DNA of 64,000 nucleotides from Phoronis australis (lineage: Eukaryota; Animalia; Phoronida), in contig NMRA01000179.1 of NCBI GenBank assembly GCA_002633005.1, forward strand, positions 152,252 through 216,251. Reading direction: 5' to 3'. Both the position numbers and the translations under genes were made by a program. Of this stretch, positions 12,504 to 22,216 are shown in pieces. Positions within the stretch are counted from its first letter, which is position 1; each line of letters begins with the position of its first letter. The notes beneath the pieces were generated by a model, which worked only from the letters and a program-made list of their open reading frames with translations, was not told the DNA's origin and did no database searches.

Positions 12504-14073
12504 TTACTCTGCGCGTGTAAGCGCAGAGTACTGTTGTTCCTGGGTTTTCTTCAATTTTATTCTTATTCTTCTTATTCTTCTTATTCTCATTCTTCTTCCG
12601 ACCAACTGTGAGGCTTAATAACTCCAAATTGGGTGCAGGTAAAGTCTTTAAATTCTGCATGCCACTTTTGATACTACATGAATTTTGATTCGTTATATAC
12701 ATGTAATCATATTCCATATTGCACCGGAAGAGGTCATTTGTTGCAAAGGTCATGTAATTTTCAAAATGCTACTCCTTCTTCATTTTTAAAGCTATTCTTT
12801 TCAAATTCGGTGCACAGGTATAAGTACTGACGTAGAATCTCCTAAACACCTGGTAGAGTCTTGCCCAGTTTTTTATAGGCTATGGAGCAACCTACTGGAT
12901 GGCACTGTTACATGCCTACAACATATAGTGTGCATGGCAACAAATGGAAACGTCTGTCCGTTTTCCTAAAGGAGACTGGCAGACTTGAAAACTTTCTTCA
13001 CGAGGAGCCATAATTGGGGTCTCGTGCCTTTGCTCAGGTGTTTTGTGCAATGGGCCCAACCATGAGGTCTGCGCACGTCTGATGCACCGCAAATGACATC
13101 AGACCACCTGCACTGTTTTTTTTATAAGTCAACAAGGCAATTTAAAAACTCACTTTTCTAAGTAATCGGGTCATCCAATCAGGTGAAATAGGTCAAAGGT
13201 CAATAAGTGCAAACTAAATTTTTGAGCTAGACACTTCAAATTGACAGATCTGATTGGCACAGGTAATTCAATTCGGAATTCAAAGTTTCAGGTCATTTAG
13301 TGCAAGCATGGGGTCATTAGGTGCACTTTTCTTCTGAAAATTTGACCTTTTCAATCAGCAAGTATTCCGATGTGTCAACCGTTAGACAACTGTGATTCTC
13401 AGCGTTAAACACATTTTCCATGGGCTTTGTAATAATTCTCCTAAAGATGCTTAAAATGCACCGGATAAGGTCAATTAGTGCAAAGGTCGTGTAACGTTCA
13501 AAATGTTATATCTCTTACGTTTTTCAAGGAATTCTTTTCAATTTCAGCACACTGGTGTAAGTCAACATGCCAATTGAATACCCTACTTTACTTCGCAATA
13601 GGCCTAACCAATCAGAAAAAATAGGTCAAAGGTCATTGAGTGCAAACTAAAATTTTGAGCTAGAGACTTCAGAATTACATATCTGCTTACTAAGTGCGGT
13701 TGAGTTTGAATTCTAAATTTTCAGGTCATTTGGTGCACCCGTGGGGTCATTAGGTGCATTTTTCTTCTGAAAGTTTGACCACTTCATTCATCTTGTATTC
13801 TGAAGTGCTTAAAGTAAAACATATGTGATTATTAGCATTAACCACTCTTTTAATCGAGTTAGCAATTACTCCCTCATCGGGGCTCATAATGCACAGGAAG
13901 AGGTCAATTAGTGGAAAGGTCATCAAAAAATTAATATGTAATTTCTCCTACAATTTTAAAGAATTCCTTTTCATATTGGTAAACGGGTTGCTGTCAGTGA
14001 CTTCCCATAATAATTCCAGTAATACGCACGCGCAGAGTCCGTTATTGTCACGCCGTGACAATAATCTTTCTAG
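12504..14073 (+). mobile_element. Inner HINE/DINE-1-like element with ~433-bp internal tandem units
   Basis: 5' subTIR at 12506-12516, then a microsatellite. Units start tgcac.gga...ggtca at 12720, 13458 and 13890 (spacing 434 and 432 once the LINE insert is removed). 3' subTIR at 14028-14038, hairpin at 14042-14064, terminal CTAG at 14070-14073. No TSD. Confidence 0.78.
12826..13122 (+). mobile_element. 5'-truncated non-LTR retrotransposon 3' end (I/Loa/R1-group-like)
   Basis: 7-bp TSD tataagt (12819-12825 and 13123-13129); the empty site is visible in the paralog near 14307. It translates as ESPKHLVESCPVFYRL (end of the ORF2 CCHC knuckle) and, after a frameshift, KWKRLSVFLKETGRL...*, followed by a short UTR. 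Confidence 0.65.
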
Positions 14074-15767
14074 TTCTTATTCTTATTCTTCTTCCGACCA
14101 ACTTTGAGGCTTAATAGCTCCAAATTGGGTCAGGTACGGTCTTTCAATTCAGCATATGATTTTTGACAGTATATAAATTTTGATTGGTTACATAATCATA
14201 TTCCATATTGCACCGGAAGAGGTCGTTTGGGCAAAGGTCATATAATTTTCAAAATGCTACTCCTTCTTCAGTTTTAAAGCTATCTTTTTCAAATTCGGTG
14301 CACAGGTATAAGTCAATAACACAATTTAAAAAATTACTTTTCTAAGTAATCGGGTCAAGCAATCAGGCTAAATAGGTCAAAGGTTATTAGGTGCAAACTA
14401 AAATTTTGAGCTAGACACTTCAAATTGACAGGTCTGATTGGCACAGGTAAATCAAATCGGAATCCAAAGTTTCAGATCATTTAGTGCAAACATGGGGTCA
14501 TTAGGTGCATTTTTCTTCTGAAAATTTGACCTTTTCAATCAGCAAATATTCCGATGTGTCAACCGTTACGCGCAGAGTCCGTTATTGTCACACCGTGACA
14601 ATAATATTTCTTGTTCACAAATAGTGGTCTTCAGGTTCTTCAAAATTCTATCCGACCGATGGCGGCAATCCTACTCACGTATTTTTTCACATTTTTGGTT
14701 AATTGTTTCGAATGGCTGTGCTGTTCACGAACCTTCTGTGTTTTTGTTTTGATGAATTTAGAATCTCAACTTCCATAGAGAATACTTGGAAGTGTCGGAT
14801 TTACATGTATAGAGCGACAAAGGGACATTTCCCCCGAACTGCTCCACCGAGAGAGGGTACCGTATGAAATGGGACACCTTAAGGCTAAACATCTTAGAAA
14901 AAAGGATGACAGTGCATTCCACCGTCACGTGGTCCCAAAACGATACAGGGAGTGACCTCCTTCAACATGACAGCCGGTTGCACGATTTCACAAAAAAGGA
15001 AAATAGAGGTAATCGATTCCAACATTGGACCATCTCTCCGTAAGCAGCCCCATAAGAATTTGTCACTAAAAGCACAAAAAGGGTGGCCACTTCAATGTCA
15101 TCAATGGCCTCCTTCAAGGGCGGGGCCCCTAAATATGAAAATATCTTATTTTCAAATATCAAGAAATGCGCAGCAATTGATTTTATCTGTCAGGTCATTA
15201 ATTTTTCTCAAGTAACAGTTTCGAGAAAAAAAAATAAAACGAAAGTTTTCTCCGTTATCCATTGGCAGAGAGGGGCATCTGGAAAAATATAGTTTTGCAT
15301 TCGCAAAATTGACTTATTGAATTTAAAAATCCATTAAATTAGTACAATCCGCAAAAGTTTCGCTTTACAAATTTTCTCGATTTTTCGAAATACATGTATG
15401 ACTGATTTCATGCACGTTTTCAAGTGCATTTAGACGACCTGTGCTGCAAAGGCAGAGACCCTAACGACAATGTCCTGGCCAGAGTACTCAAAAGGTAAAC
15501 CATGCACTGATGCCGAGTTGTTAAACGTTCTTTTGAATTTTCTCTGTTATCCGTATTTCGCAGTCTTTCTTTTCTTGGCTGTTCCCGGCCCCACGCCGGT
15601 TGCCACGGTTTAAACCTGACGCCTGAAAATTTTTGTGGGGGCCCGGTCTTGGTAGAGAGCCCTCGATGAAGAAATCCACTGAACTCCTTCTGTTTGTTAT
15701 TTATACACCTTGTATTATCTTAATGTACATGTATACATGCATTCGAAATTTAATTAGGTAACAATAA

Positions 15768-16578
15768 ATATAGATTATTACATGGCGAAGTCGTTATCCC
15801 CTCGGGCGATAATTTTCCAAAATCCACTCGGGCTCTAGATAACGGGGGATAACGACTGAGAACATGTAATAATCTATTTATACCACATACTGAACGAGAA
15901 ACATTGCAATGAATCGATCTACCTTTCTCGACTGGCCTCGGCTTTGTAACTACTTTCTATGTCAGAGCCCGGGGGTCGGAGGTCGTGACCTTTCAAGAAA
16001 AGCCGAGCTATTTTTGTCAAATAATGCTTATACTCAAAACCAATTGAAAATTTAAACAAAACATAAATAAAGTGAATCTATAAATTAAGTTTTAGCAACT
16101 ATTATAGCGTACTACACATTTCATCACGCTAAGCTTCCACGGGGAAAATATCGTCTGCTAAAGTAGGTTACCACTAGTGATTATAATGCTCAAGTCAAAG
16201 GATCCCGACTACACAATACCCGCATTCAAATTGGAGATCGGTCATTTACAAGTGAGAGAACACGATAGAAAAAAAATCACTGAATTAAAATATCGTTTTT
16301 ATGGAAATTATGCGTCTTATTTTTCAAAGCGTATAAATGTCGGTACTATAGCCTTTACTGAACATGCGATTGTTGCGCGTGCTCATTTAAGTATGCTATT
16401 TTCACGCTTGATGACGCTAAGTGCTGAGTGGTGTAGTGGTAAAGTCGGCGACTCGAAATTCTTGAGGCCCGGGTATGAGTCCGGCCTCGGTTTCCCGCCA
16501 AAATATCTCACTAGTGAAATAAGTTTATGGGATATTACACGGTTGTATCTGCCATTCGAGGCTATTATTGAGGTATAA
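15768..16578 (+). mobile_element. Hairpin-capped element, copy 2 (flop hairpin with deletion)
   Basis: Colinear with 822-1693 along its length; tRNA-like cassette at ~16423-16492; ends ggtataa. Confidence 0.85.
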
Positions 16579-16583
16579 TTCTG

Positions 16584-17407
16584 TTTATACCTTAATATTA
16601 TCCCCGTGTAATAACCCATATACATGTAGTTATCTCACTGGTGAGATAACATTTTGGCGGGAAACCGAGGCTGGGTTCGAACCCGGGCGGCATGAGTTTT
16701 GGTCCTCGACTTTACCACTACACCACTCAGCGGCTGACGTCATCGAACGTGAAAATAGAATACTTAAATCAGTACGCGCAACAATCGCATGTTCAACAAA
16801 GGGCACTGTGCCGAGATGTGTACGCTATGAAAAATAAGACGCATAATTTCCATAAAAACTACATTTTAATTCAGTAAAAATTTTCTCTCCTGTTCTCTCG
16901 CTTGTTAATCACCGATCTCCAATTTGAATGCGGGTATCGTGTCGTCGGGTTCCTTTGACTTGAGAATTATACTCTGTTACCAGTGGTAACATACTGTAGC
17001 AGACGATAGTTTCCCGGTCGAAGGTTAGCGTGTGTTTTAAGCTGTAACAGCTGGTAAACCTTAGTTTATAAATTCATTTTATTTCTATTTTATTTAAATT
17101 CTCAATTGGTTTTGAGTAAAAGCATTATTTGACAAAAACAGCTCGACTTTTCTTAAAAGGTCACAAACCTCCGACCCCGGACCCCTAACATAGAAAGTAG
17201 TTACAAAGCCGAGGAGAGTCGAGAAAGGTAAATGGATTCATTGCAATGTTTTTCGTTTAATATGTGATATAAATAGATGATTACATGTTCTCGTGGATTT
17301 TGTAGAATTGTCATCCTCGGGGCTAACGCCCCTCGGGTGACAATTCTTCAAAATCCACCCGGGCTCTAGATAGCGGGGGATAGCGACTTCGCGATGTAAT
17401 AATCTAC
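16584..17407 (-). mobile_element. Hairpin-capped element, copy 3, tail-to-tail with copy 2
   Basis: Its reverse complement is colinear with copy 1. The tRNA-like cassette at ~16664-16734 has the B-box GGTTCGAACCC. The hairpin at ~17274-17407 has part of one arm deleted. Confidence 0.85.
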
Positions 17408-18913
17408 ATTTATCGTAATTATTTGATATCATAAAGGATAAGTGAATAACACCCACGCCTACGTAGCACGTAAGTAAAACAAATGTGCATGGTTTGGTCT
17501 AGAATTATCAAACCCACAACATTGTTAAATCCAATTCCTTTCATTAGTAAAAATGTGGTAATATCTGCATAGATGCAATGGTAACCAATTCAACAATTCT
17601 TAAAATTAGGATGTAGTATTAGAAATTAAAAGACATTCCTATCTGCCAGTAATCTTTTATTCCGTGTGCTCTTGTCTTGGTTAAATACAATATTCTAGAT
17701 AGGGAACAACATAGATTAAGTGTAGTAACTGCTGCACGACTGATATGATCACGTTTTAGTTATGGTCGGCCGAGGAGTGCTCGCCAAAATATTACCTGCT
17801 GATGCTATTTAAAGATCTTTTGAAACAAAATACCATTTGTTGATAGTATTTTTTCTGATAACAAACAAATAATGTTTCTGAAAAAATTGTCTGAATACGG
17901 TACATTATTAATAGGATCCAGGGATAATTGAAGTCAATGGCTGGCAAACATTCATAGAAGTCTTTATTCTAAACAATACCAAACACATAGACTTAAGAAT
18001 TAGTTAGACCCCTCACCAAAAATCTTATTAATGTTTGTCCACGCTTACACACATATACCTTACGCCGAACTTCAGGCATTTACGTTACACGGAGATTTAA
18101 GCCAAAACTCACGACTGATCTCAAGTCTCTCTTTAAAGCTGCACTTAATCCAAAACGCAAGTCTCCGCTTAAAGCTGTATTTCATCCTGTTTAGCTGGTT
18201 AAAGACGAAAATCGTATAGTTACATGTAGGTCTTTCACTCATTAACTCTCTTAAAATCGGTCTCATTGTAGTCCTTAGCGAGTTAGTATTCTATTTCCGT
18301 TTTCAGCAAAAACATTCAATTGGTACCACCAGTGACTCAAAAAATCTTCTGAGTTTATTAAGATTGGCCACCGTGGCCCTAATGACGCATGATGAACTCA
18401 TTCGATGTTACATGAGTTGATGACGGAAATAGAATCGCATCACGGAAAAGACTGTCACGAGCCCAATTTTATGAATGTAAAAGGTTTAATTTGATTTTCG
18501 TTTCTTAGCCAGCTAAAGAGCGCGAAATCTGGCTTTTAGTGTAAAAACCTCATTAAAGCGGCAATTAAACCCCGCGCCACTCAAGTCATGATTTTGTTAT
18601 TGCTGAACCACGTCTCACGGTTGCAGGTTGTACATGTACAACGGACTTTGTGTGCTTAACAGTTGCCAAACAGTTTTTGTTACTGACTGATGCCGTGTGA
18701 CTGAAACGAAAGTTTTATTTAGACCACTTACCCGCGGCTGTGGAATTGGTCTTAATTCGTTCTGTACTCGTATTAGTAATCATGTGTTCGACACTTCGTT
18801 ACTGAGGTGACCTCGCGATCGTTCTCAGTGCATATATGATACGGCATGATAAACCAACATGTAGCGCCTGGTCCGTTTTCAAGTTGCTAGTGAACTACTT
18901 CATGTTACAATCA

Positions 18914-21631
18914 TTATTTAGAATCGTGCGGAGTCGGAGCATTTCGCTTCATAGTAATCTTTAGACCCACAATGAACATGACAAGAACTAAGCCACAAGA
19001 GGGCGCGCAAACAATCAGCGCAACTCTAATTTGATCGTAATCATCATTTTGGACAAACTGTTGAAGAAGCGGGTTTGTCTTCATTCTCTGTGACCGCTTG
19101 AAACCAATGACATTGGCAGCTTGGCATGTGACGCCGTGTATTTCGTCTTTGTTGCTTTCCGTTGGCAGGTAGGCCACAGCAGAGGTACGTTGTAAGAGGC
19201 TAGCTGGCTCAAAGGCGAGGACTTGCCCATCAGCTGAGAAAAGTGTAATATTTGGCGCGGGATCAGCACGTGAAGAGCAGGAAACTACTACGTTTTTGTC
19301 AAGGAAAGTGAAATCGATGCCAGGCAGGGAAGGTGTTGAACAGTTTGAATCATTAATAAATGTCGTCACGTCCTCAGTCAGACCATCGAAAGTTTGGCAC
19401 GTTGAAAAACTCACTTGGTTATTCATTATCCAAAATTTCAAATCTTTAAAGTTACAGCTGCACGGGACAGGGTTGTTATCAAATTTAACAGTCAATGTAG
19501 ACCCATTTTTAGCCAATTCTTCTTTGCACCATACAGGAAATGTGTCAATCAAGTTATTGCTAATGTCTAACATAGTTAGCGACCCAGCACGAGGCAAAAT
19601 TTCACGTTCTAGGTTCTCTATTGAATTGGAGGACAGACGCAAAGTTCTAAGATTGAATAGGGAATAAAAATGCATACGCGATACATTTTTAATTCGGTTG
19701 CCGTTCAAAGACAGCGTCAGAAGGTTGCTCAACTTGGTAAATGCTGACGGCTCTATCGTCAAAATCTTATTGTTGTCTATATTAAGTATCTTCATATTGT
19801 CTAGCGTACCATTAAACATGCTTTTAGTGATTTTTGTCAATTGGTTATTGTTTAAGTTCAATTTCTCCAAAAGTGTCAGGTCATAAAAACTGTCTTCGTC
19901 AATTTCTTTAATTAAGTTTGAAGCTACACTTAATGTTCTCAGCAAACTCAACTTTCGAAACATCGATGTATAGATCCGTTCGATTTTGTTGTTTTCTATC
20001 AAAAGAGTGTCTAGTCGCAAAAAATTCTGAAGAACTCCGCTCTGTATATTTCTAATCAAATTATTCTTTATATCCAAATGCAAAATGTTATCGAATCCTG
20101 CAAAAATGCCATTCATCAACTCCTGTACGTCATTGTTTTTAAAATGTAAATGGGTCAACGAAATACCGTTTACCCCACCAAACCCCATGCCGTCGTCTGC
20201 CTGAAAACGAGAGGTTATGACTCCACGAATTAGATTTATAACGCTGCCTTTGACGTGTTGTGCTATCCCTGCGGACATACTTAATTGGTGCCCGGACAGA
20301 GAATATATTTTCACCTGTTTTCCATTGACAGTGTTTTTTAGTTTTCCTTCATTGCGCGCACGGACACCAATTGTTACTGTCTCAGAAGTTACATCTGGAA
20401 CTTGAGATAATGATGACACGTCCAAAAAGACATTCGACAACTTAGTACAGTATCTCAACCCATTGCTTTCTAAATAAGAAAACCTTGTAAGCGAGACGTG
20501 GAGATCGAGCAACTCCGCCAATGGCTTGAAGTGCAAAACGGAAAGAGAGTTAATATTGTTACCAAGTAAGTTAAGATACTTTAGGCGTTGAAGATTGGCA
20601 AAAGCGTTCTCATGGACAGTGGTCATCATATTGTCGTTCAAGTACAGTTTCTCAAGTCTAAACAAACCGCGTAGAGTTTGACTTGTTAAGTTAGTCAGGA
20701 TGTTGTGAGACAGGTCCAAATATGTCAAAGAGCGCAATTCTACCCACTCACATTCAATCAAAGAGATGGCGTTATTGGATAAATCAATTCTTTTAACTGA
20801 CACCAGTCCAGTCAACGTAAACTTTTCGATCTGTTCGAGCATGTTGTGAGCAAGATCAAGAACTGTTAATCTCTTCATGTGCTTGAAAGTACCTGACTCT
20901 ATGGTCGCTATCTCATTGTACGGGATACTCAATGTACCAAGCTGTTGTAGGCCAACAAATGCGGACGACTGGATCCTGTTTATACAGTTATGGCCCAAGC
21001 CCAAAGTTTGTAGAAGATTGCCGACATTCTTGAAGGGCGATCCGACAAGCCGACGAATGTTGTTTCGTTCTGCACCAAGGCCCATCATCCCATCACCATT
21101 AAAATCATCTTCTGTGAAGTTGTGGATTTGGTTACCTTCAATCAACAAAATGTAGGGGTTGGCCTTCCTGAGGACAGATGGGACGCGTGCGATAACATTC
21201 TGTCCAAAGTCAACCACTATTAACGATGGCGTGTGTGCAAATATGTTACCAACAATAGTAGCAATCCAGTTGTTGAAAAGATTCAACGTCGACAAATTCT
21301 CTAAGCCCATAAACGACAATTCGTTGAGTGTTCTTATCCTGTTGTAGGATAAATCCAAACGATTCATCCTTCGTAATTGATGAAACACTCCAAATGGTAT
21401 AGAATTGATTGCGTTTCGTTTCAGCTTTACCTCTTCGATCGCGCTTGATTCTTCTACGGAGAAAGCGTCTCGGTCAATCTGTATTACTTCACAGCCATCC
21501 AAGTTGACCTGGGAGGAGCCATTGAAATGCTTAATGATCTTCTTCGACAAGACGAAAGTTGGTGTGCCAATGAAACAAGTTCGACACGGGACTACCAGCA
21601 TCAGCACCAACACAAACCATCTTACAGGCAT
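18914..21631 (-). CDS. Single-exon LRR-Ig-transmembrane (LIG-type) receptor, 905 aa, no TIR
   Basis: Uninterrupted ORF; ATG at 21631 (the track starts at an upstream TTG). It has a signal peptide MPVRWFVLVLMLVVPC, many LxxLxLxxNxI repeats in two blocks, an LRRCT (NPVPCSCNF..LKFW), an Ig-like domain (VVSCSSRADPAP...VTCQAANVIG), a TM helix and a ~14-aa tail. Confidence 0.93.
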   Translation of the reverse strand: MPVRWFVLVLMLVVPCRTCFIGTPTFVLSKKIIKHFNGSSQVNLDGCEVIQIDRDAFSVEESSAIEEVKLKRNAINSIPFGVFHQLRRMNRLDLSYNRIRTLNELSFMGLENLSTLNLFNNWIATIVGNIFAHTPSLIVVDFGQNVIARVPSVLRKANPYILLIEGNQIHNFTEDDFNGDGMMGLGAERNNIRRLVGSPFKNVGNLLQTLGLGHNCINRIQSSAFVGLQQLGTLSIPYNEIATIESGTFKHMKRLTVLDLAHNMLEQIEKFTLTGLVSVKRIDLSNNAISLIECEWVELRSLTYLDLSHNILTNLTSQTLRGLFRLEKLYLNDNMMTTVHENAFANLQRLKYLNLLGNNINSLSVLHFKPLAELLDLHVSLTRFSYLESNGLRYCTKLSNVFLDVSSLSQVPDVTSETVTIGVRARNEGKLKNTVNGKQVKIYSLSGHQLSMSAGIAQHVKGSVINLIRGVITSRFQADDGMGFGGVNGISLTHLHFKNNDVQELMNGIFAGFDNILHLDIKNNLIRNIQSGVLQNFLRLDTLLIENNKIERIYTSMFRKLSLLRTLSVASNLIKEIDEDSFYDLTLLEKLNLNNNQLTKITKSMFNGTLDNMKILNIDNNKILTIEPSAFTKLSNLLTLSLNGNRIKNVSRMHFYSLFNLRTLRLSSNSIENLEREILPRAGSLTMLDISNNLIDTFPVWCKEELAKNGSTLTVKFDNNPVPCSCNFKDLKFWIMNNQVSFSTCQTFDGLTEDVTTFINDSNCSTPSLPGIDFTFLDKNVVVSCSSRADPAPNITLFSADGQVLAFEPASLLQRTSAVAYLPTESNKDEIHGVTCQAANVIGFKRSQRMKTNPLLQQFVQNDDYDQIRVALIVCAPSCGLVLVMFIVGLKITMKRNAPTPHDSK

Positions 21632-22110
21632 TGTCAAATCTCTTTGTTGCTTTTTCGCGCCAAGCGTCTACAGAGCGATGCCGTGTTACTGATGTCAACA
21701 TCCAGTTAACAAGACACGAGAAACACAGCGGGGAGATACTGCGCTTAATCCAAACAGCAGAATATTGGCCAATCTGATGGCAAAACACAACTGCGCCTTG
21801 GGCCCTAAGGTCTTTCACACCAACATGTGGATCGATGGTATTGTTCCACAAATTACAAATTAGTTGAAATCACGGCTGCTTAATCTGCTGTAATCTGCTC
21901 GGTCTGTTATTTTCTGAAAAGTTGTCATCAGCTATTCTTTACGTGATTGTGCACTAGGTTGACTTTTTATCGATTCCGAGTGCATTAAAGCCTTCGATTT
22001 CATCCCTCAATGGGTTAGACGACGTGGTCCAGATACTAATAATTTAATTCCCTTGTGTTTTGTAATCTTACATCAAATCATGAACTGAAATAGCAATGGC
22101 AAAATTTATC

Positions 22111-22216
22111 CCAGGTTGCGTAACCTTTAGAACTTATCCAGTGGATAATTTGCGTGACCTGTTCAACATTAGCATCATAATTTTGCTATCCAGCGTATAA
22201 CTTTTATGCAACCTGG
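22111..22216. mobile_element. Small MITE upstream of LRR gene 1
   Basis: TIR ccaggttgcgtaa / ttatgcaacctgg with the internal palindrome ttatccagtggataa. Confidence 0.5.

Larger units (their letters stand above)
12439..14615 (+). mobile_element. Outer HINE/DINE-1-like (non-autonomous Helentron-type) element, split by a nested copy
   Basis: The 5' subTIR actctgcgcgt (12441-12451) has an adjacent partial inverted copy. A (TTCTTA)n-like microsatellite is interrupted at ~12503 and resumes at ~14074. The 3' subTIR acgcgcagagt (14568-14578) is followed by the stem-loop ttattgtcac-acc-gtgacaataa (14582-14604). Confidence 0.75.

Noticed and set aside
16177-16877. ORFs of 61-133 aa similar to the ORFs at 1459-1734
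   Set aside because: The similarity only reflects the repeat family; frames are broken in other copies and there are no protein motifs.
19081-21851. Short ORFs overlapping the LRR gene (and likewise at 30493-32611 and 38851-40845)
   Set aside because: Antisense or alternate-frame shadows of real CDSs.
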